From IMG/VR virus record IMGVR_UViG_3300036760_000091, positions 1 through 58,355 of that record: a stretch of 58,355 bases of DNA. The stretch is one strand, 5' to 3'. Positions 28,001 through 37,646 of the stretch are shown here, in pieces. Position 1 is the first letter of the stretch, and every line of letters starts with the position of its first letter. This DNA is from a virus. Its lineage: Duplodnaviria > Caudoviricetes. The position numbers and the translations under genes are program-made. The notes under the pieces were generated by a model. The model saw only the letters and a list, made by a program, of their open reading frames with translations. It ran no database searches and was not told the origin of the DNA.

Positions 28001-31000
28001 GCGGACGAGCGGAAAGCTCTCGAGCGGTCGACCCCGAACGCCCATTTCACCTTCGATCTCTACCGGCCGATCTGGGAGGCGCTGGTCAACGCCGGCTTCA
28101 CGGGCGGGCGCATCCTCGAGCCGGCCGTCGGCACCGGGCACGCCTTCGGCTACATGCCGCCGGACGTCCGGGACGCCTCGACGCTGAACGCCGTCGAGCA
28201 GGAGCCGTTTACCGCCGCCATCGCCCATCATCTCTATCCCTCGGCGCGCGTGCAGCCGGTCGGCTATGAGAACGCCCGCATCGCGCGCGGGACGCAGGAC
28301 CTGGTCATCAGCAACGTGCCCTTCGGAGACTTCGGCGTGCAGGACAAGCACATGCCGAGCCTGCTGACGGACCCGAAGCAAGGGGGGATGATCCACAACT
28401 ACTTCTTCGGCAAGGCGCTCGAGCACGTCCGGCCGGGCGGGCTGATTGTCTTCGTGACCTCGAAAGGCACGATGGACGCGGCCGTCACCACGCGCATCCG
28501 CAGCTACCTGATGGAGCGCGCGGCCTTTGTCGGCGCGATCCGCCTGCCAAATACAGCCTTCGGGAAGTCGGCCAAAACGGAGGTCATCACCGACCTGATC
28601 GTCCTGCGCCGGCTGCTGCCTGGCGAGACGCCGGACCCGGTCCAGAGCAAGCTGTTCATCGAAGCCCCGAAGCACGAGGGCCTCACGAAGTCGGTCTACT
28701 CGCGCGGGCGGACGCAGGACAGCACGATCACGCGGTCGTCCTGGTATACCGCGCATCCGGAGTACATCCTCGGCACCGAGTCGCGCGAAGGCACGATGTA
28801 CGGCGGGGGCGAGTACACCGTCACGGCGACGACGCCGAACGTCACTGAGGCGATGGCGAACGCCCTGAAGACGTTGCTGCCACAAGGGACGTACGTGCCG
28901 GCGGTCCGCGAGATGGCGGTGCGGTCGACGGCCGTGGCGGAAGGCGCGTTCAAAGCCGGCGAACTGCGCGTCAACCCCCAGACGGGCAATATCGATCGCG
29001 TCGGTCCGACGGGCGAAATTAGCGATGCCACGCCGATGCGTCTCATCAAGGAGACGGGCGAGAAGATCGTGGACACGAAGGCGGTCCACCGCATCAAGGG
29101 GATGATCGCCATCCGGGATGCCCTGCGCGCCACGGTCGCGGCGATGCAGAACCGGGAATCGACGGATAAGGAGATCAAGGACCATCAGCGGGCGCTCCGC
29201 AGCCTGTATCAGCAGTTTGTCCAGAAGCACGGCGAGTTGAACAGCCGCAAGAATCGTGGCCTGTTCAAGAACGATCCGGAAAGCGCCAACCTGACGGGCC
29301 TCGAGCAACTCGAACTACAAACGAAGATCGAGCAGAAAGACGGGGAGCCGGTCCTCAAGATCTTCTACAGAGTCACCGGCCCGGCGGACATCTTCACGAA
29401 GCGGGTCATTAATCCGGACCCGCTGATCACGCACGTCGACACCCCAGAGGCGGCGCTCTTCGCGTCCCTCGGCCTCCACGGTCGGTTGGACTGGCCGTAC
29501 ATGGCCGAGATCAGCGGGCAGGACGTCGAGGATCTCAAGGCCGCGTTACTTCACGCCGGCATCGTCTTCGAGCAGCCAGACGGCGCGGTCGTCCTCGGAG
29601 AGGAATATCTCTCGGGTGACGTCGTCTCGAAGCTGGCGGACGCCGAAGCCGCGCATGATCCAAAGTTCGCACCGAACATTGAGGCGCTGAAGGCGGTTCA
29701 GCCAGCGCCGAAGACGGCGGACGACGTCGCGTCCGGCGCGGTGGCGATCGGCCTCGGGTCGCACTGGGTGCCGCCGTCGGACCTGTCGGCGTTCGCGGCC
29801 GAGCAGCTTCATCTACGCGGCGGGGTTCGGTACACGGTCGAGAGCACGGCGGCGCTCGTGACATGGACCGGCGGGTTCTCAGACAGCGCGGTCCGCGCCT
29901 CCGCGCAGCACCCGATGGCGGTACGGTACGGCGCTGGCGACGACGCCGAGACGCAGCCGGAGGTCTACGGCTTCCTTGATCTCCTGAATGACGCGCTGAA
30001 TCTCCGGACGCCTGACCTCGGCCACTACGTGCGCGAGGTCGACGGGTCGCGTCACTACGTGAAAGAGCCGAAGAACACGCTGGCGGCTCGGGCCAACGTG
30101 GAGGCCCTGCGGGACGCTTGGACCGAGTTCGTCTATAAGCACCCCGCCGTCATCGACGCCCTACTCGAGCAGTACAACGCCCGGTTCAACCGGACGGTCG
30201 AGCGCACCCTTGACGGGTCGCACCTGACGTTCCCAGGCATGGCGACGATCACGGATGCGGCCGGGAACGTCCTGCACTTCTTCCCGCACCAGAAGAACGT
30301 CGTCTGGAGGATTCTCGCCACCGGCAACACGCTGATGGCGCACGAGGTCGGTGCCGGGAAGACCTACGCCATGATCGCGGCGGCGATGGAGATGCGGCGC
30401 ACCGGCCGCGCCCAGAAGCCGATGATCACCGTTCCGACGTATCTCCTGCGCCAGTGGGCGAGCGATATCAAGACGCTCTACCCGGCGGCGAAGGTGCTGG
30501 CGTTCGATGAAAAGGACCTCGAGGCGTCCAAGCGGCGCGAAGCGATGGCCCGGATCGCGTTCGGGAACTGGGACATCGTCCTGGTGCCGCACTCGTCGTT
30601 CGAGTTGCTGAAGTCATCGCCGGAGCGGATCAAGGCCGTCACGCAGGAATGGATTGACGAACTGATTGCGGCCGAACTCGCAAACGGCGACGACGAAAGC
30701 CCGTCCGTCAAGCAGATGCAGCGGATGCGCCGGAAGATGGAGGACAAGGTCGCGGCGCTGACCGACTCGATCGACAAGGGCAACGACACGAACATGTATT
30801 GGGATCAGCTCGGCGTCGACGCGCTGATGGTGGACGAAGCCCACGCCTTCAAGAACCTCTTCTTCCACTCGAAGATCGACAACATGCGCGGCCTGAGCCG
30901 GAGCACGGCCGACAAGTCGCTCGACCTGCTGGTGAAGATCCGCGACATCAACGAGAACTCGAACTACCGGAACATCGTGCTGGCGACGGCGACCCCGGTG

Positions 31001-34000
31001 ATGAACTCGATCGGGGAAGTCTTCACGATGCAGCGGTATCTGCAACCGCAGACACTGAAGAAGTACGGCCTCGAGAACTTCGACAACTGGTACGCGATGT
31101 TCGCGCACGCCAAGATGGTGACGGAACAGCGCCAGGACGGCACCTACCACGAAGTCATGCGTCTAGCGTCGTTCAGCAACCTCCAGACGCTGTCGAAGAT
31201 GGTCCGGGAGGTCATGGACTACGTCGGGTGGGAGGACATGCCCTACCTGAAGCTGCCGAAGATTGCCGGCGGCAAGATCGAGATCGTCCAAACGCAGCCG
31301 GCCCCGATGTATGACCGCGCGCGCGAATGGTTCACCGAGCGCCTGGCGGCGATCAAAGCGAACCCCCCGCACATCAAGCGCGACGGCACCTACGTCGCTC
31401 CGGAGCGGATGGACATGCTGACCGGGCAGGGGATGGGCAAGCACGACAACATCCTGACCGTGATGACCGACGCGAAGAAGGCCGCGATCGACCTGCGGCT
31501 GATCCTCGGCAATCGCGCCAAAGACACCCCCGGCTCGCGTCTCCAGGTCGCGGCGAAGATGATGGTGGAGCAGTACAAGGCGACGAAGGCCGAGAAGGGC
31601 GTCCAATTGGTCTTCATGGACCTCGGAACACCGCCGAACCCCGGCGCGCTCGAGTTCCTCGGCAAGCTCAAGGTCGATGACGAGACGGAAGGTGAAGCCA
31701 ACGAGCAGGATCTGGTCGAGGACGCGCTGGACGCGACGGAGGCGGGCGGCTTCAATCTCTACGATGCGCTGAAGGCGCTGCTGGTCAAGCAGGGCGTGCC
31801 CTCGCACGAGATCGCGTATCTACACCAAGCCAATTCCTCGGCCGAGCGCATCGAGTTGTTCAAGGCGGCGAACAACGGCCGCGTGCGGTTCGTCTTCGCG
31901 TCGACCGACAAGGGTGGCGTGGGCATGAACGTCCAGACGCGCCTGTCGGCCATGTGGGAGATCGACCCGCCGCGTCACGGCCGGCCCGGCGATCTTCGGC
32001 AGCGCATGGGACGCATCATCAGGCAAGGCAACACGTATCCAGAGGTCCGGCTGGTGCGGTTCGTCACGCAGGGCACGACCGACGAGTGGACGTGGGGCAT
32101 CACGACAACGAAGGACTACCAGGTGCGGCAGTTCCTGAAGGGGAACCTGTCCACGATGGAGGATGTCGACCCGAACACGATGTCGCTCGAAGAGGCGATG
32201 ATGCGGTCGTCCAATGACCCGCGCACCGTCGAACTCACCGACCTAAAGAGCGTCCTACCGCGCCTCGAGGCGCAGGCGTCCTCGGCCGCGCGCGCCCTCG
32301 GGCAAGCGAAGACCGATATCGCCAACTCGACCGAGCGTCTGGGCTGGCTCAATCGGGACCTCTCGCAGTTGGAGAAGTGGATCGAGGACTCCTACCAGTC
32401 GAAGCGGAAAGACGGCTTCGAGTTGACCATCGGAGACACGACGTACACCGACCGAGCGGAGGCCCAGGCGGCGATTCTGAAGCGCCTGCGTCCGACGCCG
32501 GCGATGGGCGACTCGTTCACGCACGAGGCCGTCATCGGACGGATGGGCGATCGAGACATCACGGCCACCTGGGAGATCTTCAAACGGAAGGAACCGGAGT
32601 GGCGGGACGTCCAGGACGAAAAGACGGGCAAGATTCAGCAGAAGCATTTCATCGTCGACAAGCTGTACAAGCGCGTGGCGCTGACGATGCAGGGCGAGGA
32701 TATCGGCGCAATCAATCGCAGCGCCGTCACGCTGCACCAGGACGACCCGGACGACTACGCGACGTTCGGGAAGGGCCAGGACCCGATCGCCAGCCTCGTG
32801 AACGCCTACGAGAGCTTGCCGCTCCACCGCAACGATCTGACGGCCGGCATCCAGCAGGCGACCGAGAAGATCTCGCACGCCGAGGCCACGCTCAACTCGC
32901 CGTCGTCGGCAGTCGCCAAGCTCACGAAGACACGGGAGCGGATCGCGGCGCTTGAGAAGGAACTGACGGCAGAGAGCGCGGCCAAAGGCGCGGCGGCGAG
33001 TGCGGCGCTTCAGGCAAAGGCCCTGCCGGCGCACGCGGACGCCTCGAATGAACAGGGGTTCGTCAGCCTCGAGCCGCTGAAGCCGATCGCGGACGAACTG
33101 GTCAACCTGGTGGACATCGCGCGGTTCGTCTTCGCGCCGGACACCCGGACACCGGACACGCGCGCCGGGGCAGCGGTGTTGAGCAAGGCGATTGCCGCGC
33201 GGGATCAGACGCTGGCGCGGTTCCAGACGGCCGTAGAAGCCACCGAGCGCGTCATGGACGGCTGGTCACACGATCAGTCGCTCGCCTTCTGGGACGCGAT
33301 GGAAGGCGTCACGCCGACGTCGTCGCTCGGGGATCCGGATCTGATTCGGATGGCCGACGCGCTGAAGACGATCGTGGACTACTGGACCGACCAGGTCACG
33401 AAGCGCGGCCTCATCAAGGCGTACATCGAGCACTACTGGCCGCACGAATGGGTCAAGCGGGGGACGACGCTCGAGAAGGCGATCCGGGCCGTCTTCAGCC
33501 GCCGGCCGATTCAGGGGCCGGAGTCCTATCGGAAGCGGCGCACGATTCCCACAACCCGCGAAGGCATCGAGAAGCACAATCTCGAGCCGGTCAGCTGGAA
33601 CCCGGCCACGCAGTTGATGCGGAAGGTCGCGGAGATGGCGAACTCGGTCAAAGCCTACGAGATGCGGAAGGCGTTCAAGCGTCAGGGCCTGCTGAAGTTC
33701 GTCGGAGAGGGCCAGCGCCGGAAGTTGATCCGGGAGAAGCGGATCGGGCAGAACTGGATTCCGTATCCGGAGGCGTTCGTCGGCACCGTCTACGCCCCGC
33801 CCACGTTCATCACCGAGAGTGGCGAAGAGGCGCGCGTCCCGTTCGGGCGGCTCGTCGCCGGCCGCTACTACGGTCCGCCGGAACTCGTGCAGCTGGTGAA
33901 GAACCACCTGTCGGCGGGTCTGGTCGGGAAGAGTAAGGCATTCGACCTTGTGCGGAGTGCCTCAAACCTCCACACCCAGGCCCTGCTCGGCTGGTCGACG

Positions 34001-35635
34001 TTCCATCTCTGGTTGACCGGGTGGGAGTCGGTGACGTCAAAGCTCACGCTGGCGCTCGACCAGGCGCAGCGCGGCCAGTTCGCGGCGGCAGGGCGCACAG
34101 CCCTTGAGGTTGGCCCACACGGCGTCTTGGCCGACCTGGTGCGGGGGTATAAGGCCGTCCACGAGTACTACACGCTGGACCTGACGGGCAGCGGCCACGC
34201 GCTGACGGACGACCTGTCGCTCATCATCCGAGGGGGTGGCGGTGTCGGCTGGTCGCGCCTCGAGCACATGAGCGCACCGAACAAGCTGATGCGGCAAGGC
34301 CGGGCGGCAGCGGGCGCGCTCCAGCGCGGGGACGTCGGCGGTGCGCTGCTGCATGGCGCTGGCGCGGCGCTGGTCGGTCCGTTCGCGGCCATCGCGGCTC
34401 CGACGCAGTTGATGATGTCGACGTGGGTGCCGTACCTGAAGGTCGCGGCCTACCTTCAGGCGGCGCGGATGGAACTGGCGACGATGGGGACGGCGACGAT
34501 CGCGCAGCAGGACCAGCGCCTGCGCGAGGTCTGGGACTCGATGGACAACCGGTTCGGGTTGCTCCGTTACGAGAATCTGTACTGGAACAACGCCTTCAAG
34601 GACGCGCTGATGTCGGTCATCCGCGCGGTCGGGTTCACTGGCGGCAGCTTCCGCGAGTTTGGCGGGGCCATTCCGGCGCAGATCGGCCGGACGGTGAAGA
34701 ACGCGGGCGGCGCGAAGCTCCCGCCGATTCATCCGAAGATGCTCCACCTGATCTCGACGCTGCTCGTCTTCATGATGCTTGGCGCGGCCTGGATGAAGCT
34801 GACCAGCGGGAAATGGCCGAAGGACCGGAAGGACTTCTTCCACCCGAAGAACGGCGAGATCGATCCGTCGACGGGCGAAGAGCGGCGCGACGACGTCATC
34901 GGCTACCTCCGCACGTTGCAGACGTGGACCCATGACGCGAAGGGGGCCGCGCTCGGCAGCGTCCAGTCGCTCTACACGTCGCTGCTCGAGGCGATCGAGA
35001 ACCAAGACTACAACCGCAATCAGGTCTGGGACCCGGACGATCCGTGGACGAAGGAGCTGCTGGACGCGGTCAAGCACGTCCTCAGCGCGGCCACGCCGAT
35101 CCCGATTCAGAACGCCGAGCGACACGCCGAGCCGGGCGCGACGAAGTTGCAGCGGGTGGCGGAGGCGCTGAAGACGGCGCTGAAGCCCACGGTGCCCACG
35201 CCGCGCTGGCAGCTGCGAAGTGTGGCCGAGGACAAGATCTGGGAGTACTTGCCGCCGACGCCGAAGACCAAGCAGCAGGAAGAAGACGCGGAGATCCGCC
35301 GGCAGGTCCGGGTCGCCGTGCAGTCCGCCACCGGCAGCGAGACGATCGAACACGCGCTCGAGACGGGGAACCTCACCGCGAAGGAATACGAGCGGATCGT
35401 CAAGAGCGTCCAGTTCAACTGGATGCAGGCCAGCTTTAAGAAGCTGAACCTGATGCAGGCGCTGAAGGTCTACGAGCTGGCGACTCCGGACGAACGCGCG
35501 TCGTTGCTCGGCATCCTGCTCACGAAGGTCGACACGGGATTGAAGACCGCGAAGCCGCGCGACATGGACGAATTGTCGAATCGGCTCAACAAGATCGCGG
35601 GGCTTCCTTACACCGTAGAATCTACAGCGCCATGA
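25076..35635 (+). CDS. Giant DarB-like protein: adenine MTase plus SNF2-type helicase, probably virion-injected
   Basis: LAKYVGWG, ILEPAVGTG, ISNVPF (MTase); EYLSGDV, AHEVGAGKT, VDEAHAFKN, ATATP, GMNVQTR, QRMGRIIRQGN (SF2 helicase). Confidence 0.9.
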   Translation: MSDDLDLDTLAADAGAKVTPPTLPSTQYSGVMAFKPEQKAEDWDAIAKAAGARVGAPKAEAPLDVEAAARAEGATIRRPEAHIGPAPTPHVKEGESVQFLHVDASGLPAAPRVAPPKADGPPLVNGRPVGDTRNVWDPVGAMQKIGASATAIKSTLDAGQVLWKSDHDRNAASAAIEGLFELTKPLMVTLGAAAPAHAAVGIAATMAAQKATYAFVKSNGGTDTDARLAGNIAALLAAGISSKKVIEAGNKGVEAALDAAKSAARPLALSAKLAYAGYGPGDIPGGRAVPFAADGPNGPSDVRTIVELFTEAPKGTPAADIDAIRRGFTGEPSPGHEFTAVGEEPPVPTSGPVAVEPEIKALERVLEEQDALRKAGAAKTDQLYAAAAQKLEGADATQAGQQPENDLGEHLGTDTPRVPATVAPADRSDRPVERGPASIPTVEQPESTLRGGELEASPQADLIERIVTAAHRPRPEVAPVTELKGTDGKWYRGNGFPVGVQMVDPVEKRTAGYSLLMPDGTRAGTIRPTADDVHADIQRAENANDQDFRQALREMPPERLQSQAEFWLKDKAPKAKTVETPAPEMGVGTTFNAEGKTWRVLKYQEHGKGTQLEQVGTTLAPTSGVMAPGRVTSRWVSDSELRVMLGEHAAATPKPAVDLVIQSLRPGAAPRTVTLPATSAPPAVLEQPKLAGAEIRHNTQNGGVEVKFASKPAQEVLEQLKAKGFKWAKGNKVWYKKIAAPGNTSAYLSEHDRLTKILQGIVGTAPVAAPLTASTEAPTVKEADVATSGTDAGQLPVAGGPAADAVRDGGEGALGAVPPASGSRVEPEGAGGVGHGDSSSRAPDGVPHAASDGGESGAARTPGATDVRESVAHGPTGATHDPGHAALDYQLTPERIAAIIGRGPLERARGNLEAVDLIKRLTAENRYATPDEQEILAKYVGWGASELAKFLSDYPDAGWSKNERAIWERIKTDLTADERKALERSTPNAHFTFDLYRPIWEALVNAGFTGGRILEPAVGTGHAFGYMPPDVRDASTLNAVEQEPFTAAIAHHLYPSARVQPVGYENARIARGTQDLVISNVPFGDFGVQDKHMPSLLTDPKQGGMIHNYFFGKALEHVRPGGLIVFVTSKGTMDAAVTTRIRSYLMERAAFVGAIRLPNTAFGKSAKTEVITDLIVLRRLLPGETPDPVQSKLFIEAPKHEGLTKSVYSRGRTQDSTITRSSWYTAHPEYILGTESREGTMYGGGEYTVTATTPNVTEAMANALKTLLPQGTYVPAVREMAVRSTAVAEGAFKAGELRVNPQTGNIDRVGPTGEISDATPMRLIKETGEKIVDTKAVHRIKGMIAIRDALRATVAAMQNRESTDKEIKDHQRALRSLYQQFVQKHGELNSRKNRGLFKNDPESANLTGLEQLELQTKIEQKDGEPVLKIFYRVTGPADIFTKRVINPDPLITHVDTPEAALFASLGLHGRLDWPYMAEISGQDVEDLKAALLHAGIVFEQPDGAVVLGEEYLSGDVVSKLADAEAAHDPKFAPNIEALKAVQPAPKTADDVASGAVAIGLGSHWVPPSDLSAFAAEQLHLRGGVRYTVESTAALVTWTGGFSDSAVRASAQHPMAVRYGAGDDAETQPEVYGFLDLLNDALNLRTPDLGHYVREVDGSRHYVKEPKNTLAARANVEALRDAWTEFVYKHPAVIDALLEQYNARFNRTVERTLDGSHLTFPGMATITDAAGNVLHFFPHQKNVVWRILATGNTLMAHEVGAGKTYAMIAAAMEMRRTGRAQKPMITVPTYLLRQWASDIKTLYPAAKVLAFDEKDLEASKRREAMARIAFGNWDIVLVPHSSFELLKSSPERIKAVTQEWIDELIAAELANGDDESPSVKQMQRMRRKMEDKVAALTDSIDKGNDTNMYWDQLGVDALMVDEAHAFKNLFFHSKIDNMRGLSRSTADKSLDLLVKIRDINENSNYRNIVLATATPVMNSIGEVFTMQRYLQPQTLKKYGLENFDNWYAMFAHAKMVTEQRQDGTYHEVMRLASFSNLQTLSKMVREVMDYVGWEDMPYLKLPKIAGGKIEIVQTQPAPMYDRAREWFTERLAAIKANPPHIKRDGTYVAPERMDMLTGQGMGKHDNILTVMTDAKKAAIDLRLILGNRAKDTPGSRLQVAAKMMVEQYKATKAEKGVQLVFMDLGTPPNPGALEFLGKLKVDDETEGEANEQDLVEDALDATEAGGFNLYDALKALLVKQGVPSHEIAYLHQANSSAERIELFKAANNGRVRFVFASTDKGGVGMNVQTRLSAMWEIDPPRHGRPGDLRQRMGRIIRQGNTYPEVRLVRFVTQGTTDEWTWGITTTKDYQVRQFLKGNLSTMEDVDPNTMSLEEAMMRSSNDPRTVELTDLKSVLPRLEAQASSAARALGQAKTDIANSTERLGWLNRDLSQLEKWIEDSYQSKRKDGFELTIGDTTYTDRAEAQAAILKRLRPTPAMGDSFTHEAVIGRMGDRDITATWEIFKRKEPEWRDVQDEKTGKIQQKHFIVDKLYKRVALTMQGEDIGAINRSAVTLHQDDPDDYATFGKGQDPIASLVNAYESLPLHRNDLTAGIQQATEKISHAEATLNSPSSAVAKLTKTRERIAALEKELTAESAAKGAAASAALQAKALPAHADASNEQGFVSLEPLKPIADELVNLVDIARFVFAPDTRTPDTRAGAAVLSKAIAARDQTLARFQTAVEATERVMDGWSHDQSLAFWDAMEGVTPTSSLGDPDLIRMADALKTIVDYWTDQVTKRGLIKAYIEHYWPHEWVKRGTTLEKAIRAVFSRRPIQGPESYRKRRTIPTTREGIEKHNLEPVSWNPATQLMRKVAEMANSVKAYEMRKAFKRQGLLKFVGEGQRRKLIREKRIGQNWIPYPEAFVGTVYAPPTFITESGEEARVPFGRLVAGRYYGPPELVQLVKNHLSAGLVGKSKAFDLVRSASNLHTQALLGWSTFHLWLTGWESVTSKLTLALDQAQRGQFAAAGRTALEVGPHGVLADLVRGYKAVHEYYTLDLTGSGHALTDDLSLIIRGGGGVGWSRLEHMSAPNKLMRQGRAAAGALQRGDVGGALLHGAGAALVGPFAAIAAPTQLMMSTWVPYLKVAAYLQAARMELATMGTATIAQQDQRLREVWDSMDNRFGLLRYENLYWNNAFKDALMSVIRAVGFTGGSFREFGGAIPAQIGRTVKNAGGAKLPPIHPKMLHLISTLLVFMMLGAAWMKLTSGKWPKDRKDFFHPKNGEIDPSTGEERRDDVIGYLRTLQTWTHDAKGAALGSVQSLYTSLLEAIENQDYNRNQVWDPDDPWTKELLDAVKHVLSAATPIPIQNAERHAEPGATKLQRVAEALKTALKPTVPTPRWQLRSVAEDKIWEYLPPTPKTKQQEEDAEIRRQVRVAVQSATGSETIEHALETGNLTAKEYERIVKSVQFNWMQASFKKLNLMQALKVYELATPDERASLLGILLTKVDTGLKTAKPRDMDELSNRLNKIAGLPYTVESTAP
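26114..26129. promoter_or_regulatory. Palindrome GTCCCGACGTCGGGAC (copy 3)
   Basis: Exact 16-bp palindrome inside the giant ORF. Confidence 0.65.
27426..27830 (+). CDS. Overprinted gene in the +1 frame of the giant ORF (TnpV-like appearance)
   Basis: AAGGA RBS 5 nt before ATG; globular-looking sequence where the host frame is low-complexity. Confidence 0.6.
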   Translation: MSQPVELTPDNYLSLEDQPLTPYEMEAKAHWERFLPRAVAELNRKGPEALDTAIRAAAHLTEYHTLRAMAENPGLHELQARRMFENQWLMVPPEPPTTQGTPPSTTNSRPSASPPSSDAARSNAPEATSRPSTS

Positions 35636-35727
35636 CATCCGGCATTTACCCGATCGTCCAGTGGGCACTCAGGAAGGGCGAGATGCCCTATACTATCGAC
35701 GCACCCGAACAACCGATCGCCAAATAG
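35632..35727 (+). pseudogene. Possible GIY-YIG remnant
   Basis: MTSGIYPI start matches MTGIYAI and MSISGIYAI of the two intact copies; only 31 aa. Confidence 0.35.
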
Positions 35728-35739
35728 AGAGACGCGCAC

Positions 35740-36480
35740 ATGGCCCAAGGTACGCTGCTCCCGGTCCCGATCCATATCGCGCAGGACGCCAACGGCGCGC
35801 GGGTCGCCAACGCGAAGCTGTATGTCTACGCGGCCGGCACGGGCAACTACGCGTCGATCTTCACCGACCAGACCCTCGCCGTGCAGTTGAACAACCCGCT
35901 CTCGGCGGATGGCTCCGGGAACTTCGTAGAAATCTGGATCACGCCGGGTTCGTCGGTCGACATCGACATGACGACCAGCGCCGGCACCGGCAATTCCCTC
36001 CCCGGCTATCCGCGCCTGAATGTCCCGGCCACGCCCCTCTCGTCAGGCAACCAGGATTCGACATGGACGGCCGGCGAGAACATTACCGTCAACGACCCGG
36101 TGTATCTATCAGACGGCAGCGGTGGCAAGACCGCTGGCCGGGCGTACAAAGCCGACGCGGCCAACGACTACAGTTCGACCCTGCCAGAAGTAGCGATAGC
36201 GGTTGCCACGGTGACGACGGGCAACACCTTCACCGTGCGAAAGGCTGGACAGTTGACCGGGCAGGTCGGCCTAACGACCGGAGCCACGTACTACGTCGCG
36301 TCCGGCGGTGGCGTGACGACGGTGGCTCCATCGCTGGCGCGCCGGCTTGGACAGGCGCTCTCCACGACCGTCCTCGAGATGTCGGCGGACCCGCCGACGG
36401 GTGGTGGCGGCTACGACTACGCGCAGCTTCAGGTGTTCGGAGCCTTACTGATGTCCCTTGTCCTGTGGAGCATGGCCTGA
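35740..36480 (+). CDS. Tail spike/fibre head-binding-type protein
   Basis: DANG...AKLYVYAAGT...IFTD...NPLSADGSG N-terminal module; TTGATYYV. Confidence 0.7.
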   Translation: MAQGTLLPVPIHIAQDANGARVANAKLYVYAAGTGNYASIFTDQTLAVQLNNPLSADGSGNFVEIWITPGSSVDIDMTTSAGTGNSLPGYPRLNVPATPLSSGNQDSTWTAGENITVNDPVYLSDGSGGKTAGRAYKADAANDYSSTLPEVAIAVATVTTGNTFTVRKAGQLTGQVGLTTGATYYVASGGGVTTVAPSLARRLGQALSTTVLEMSADPPTGGGGYDYAQLQVFGALLMSLVLWSMA

Positions 36481-36920
36481 TGGGTCGGCTGCATACGGAC
36501 GAAGATCGCGCCGCGATGCGCGAGGCGTGGGCGAAAAGGCGTAACACTGAAACCGCTCCGCAGCGTGAGTCACGGGAAGCAAAGAACGCGTACATGCGCC
36601 AGTGGAATGGGAAAAATCGGCTGAAGGTTAGGGCGGTGAAGAACGCCAGATACAACGACGAACGGTATTTCTTCTCGCTACGCGGGTCGTTGAACAGGTT
36701 CGGACTGACGTTTGATCAGTTCCACGCGAAGTACGAAGCGCAGGACTTCTGCTGCGCGATCTGTGGAGCCGAAATGGAGAGGCCGCACATCGACCACGAT
36801 CACGGCACAGGCAAGGTGCGCGGTCTGCTGTGTAGCCTCTGCAACATGGGAATTGGCTCTCTCGGTGATAGCGCGGTGCGCTGCATCGCCGCTGCCAATT
36901 ACCTTCAGGTGTTTGGATAA
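36480..36920 (+). mobile_element. Endonuclease VII-like homing endonuclease
   Basis: QDFCCAICG...HIDHDHGTGKVRGLLCSLCN; TGATG start at 36480. Confidence 0.9.
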
Positions 36921-36929
36921 GGGAGTCTC

Positions 36930-37298
36930 ATGGCCAACGCAGTCAAGAAACTAAAACTCTCCGCCTCCTCGAAAGGGTTGGGGATTCTCATCGCCGCGAC
37001 GGCGACCCCGGGTACTCCGGTCCATGTGACGTCCAACGACGCCACGAAGGATGACGAGGTCTGGCTGTGGCTTGAGAACGAGGACACGGCGGACATCCTG
37101 GCAACCGTCGAGTTCGGCGGCGTGACCAGTCCGAGCATGACTATCAAGGTCAACGTCCCGTTCAAGCAGGGTCTGTTTCTCGCCGTGCCTGGGTTCCTGT
37201 TGTCGGACGGTGGCGCGGGCGCGCTGACGGTCGCGGTGTTCGCCGCAACAACGAACAAGATCACGGCGTACGGCTACGTCATGCGGATTACGCCATGA
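36930..37298 (+). CDS. Small tail-associated structural protein
   Basis: Beta-rich; RBS aaggga; tail module. Confidence 0.65.
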   Translation: MANAVKKLKLSASSKGLGILIAATATPGTPVHVTSNDATKDDEVWLWLENEDTADILATVEFGGVTSPSMTIKVNVPFKQGLFLAVPGFLLSDGGAGALTVAVFAATTNKITAYGYVMRITP

Positions 37299-37642
37299 GC
37301 ACAGCCGAAGAACAGAGACGCTGGCGGAAGAAGCACGGCAGGAATCGCCATCGTCCGAAGACGTATCTGGAGAATCGTCACTCGAATCTCAAGAAATACT
37401 ATGGAATTGGACTGAGCGAGTTTGATCAGATGCTCATCCTTCAGGGCGGCGGATGCGCTGCTTGCGGCGGTCCGCCGACCGGAAAGAGAAACGTGTTTCA
37501 CGTCGATCACGACCACAAGACAAAGAAGGTTCGCGGGTTGCTGTGTCACGGATGCAATTCCGCATTGGGGAGCGTAGGCGACAACACCGAGAGACTTTCT
37601 CTGTTGATCTCTTACCTCAACAAAGCTCGAATCACTCCGTAG
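37295..37642 (+). mobile_element. Endonuclease VII-like homing endonuclease
   Basis: LKKYYGI...QGGGCAACG...HVDHDHKTKKVRGLLCHGCN. Confidence 0.9.
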
Positions 37643-37646
37643 GCCG

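Noticed and set aside
35661-36920. 419-aa ORF call
   Set aside because: The first ~270 aa shadow the tail gene; the real endonuclease starts at the TGATG at 36480
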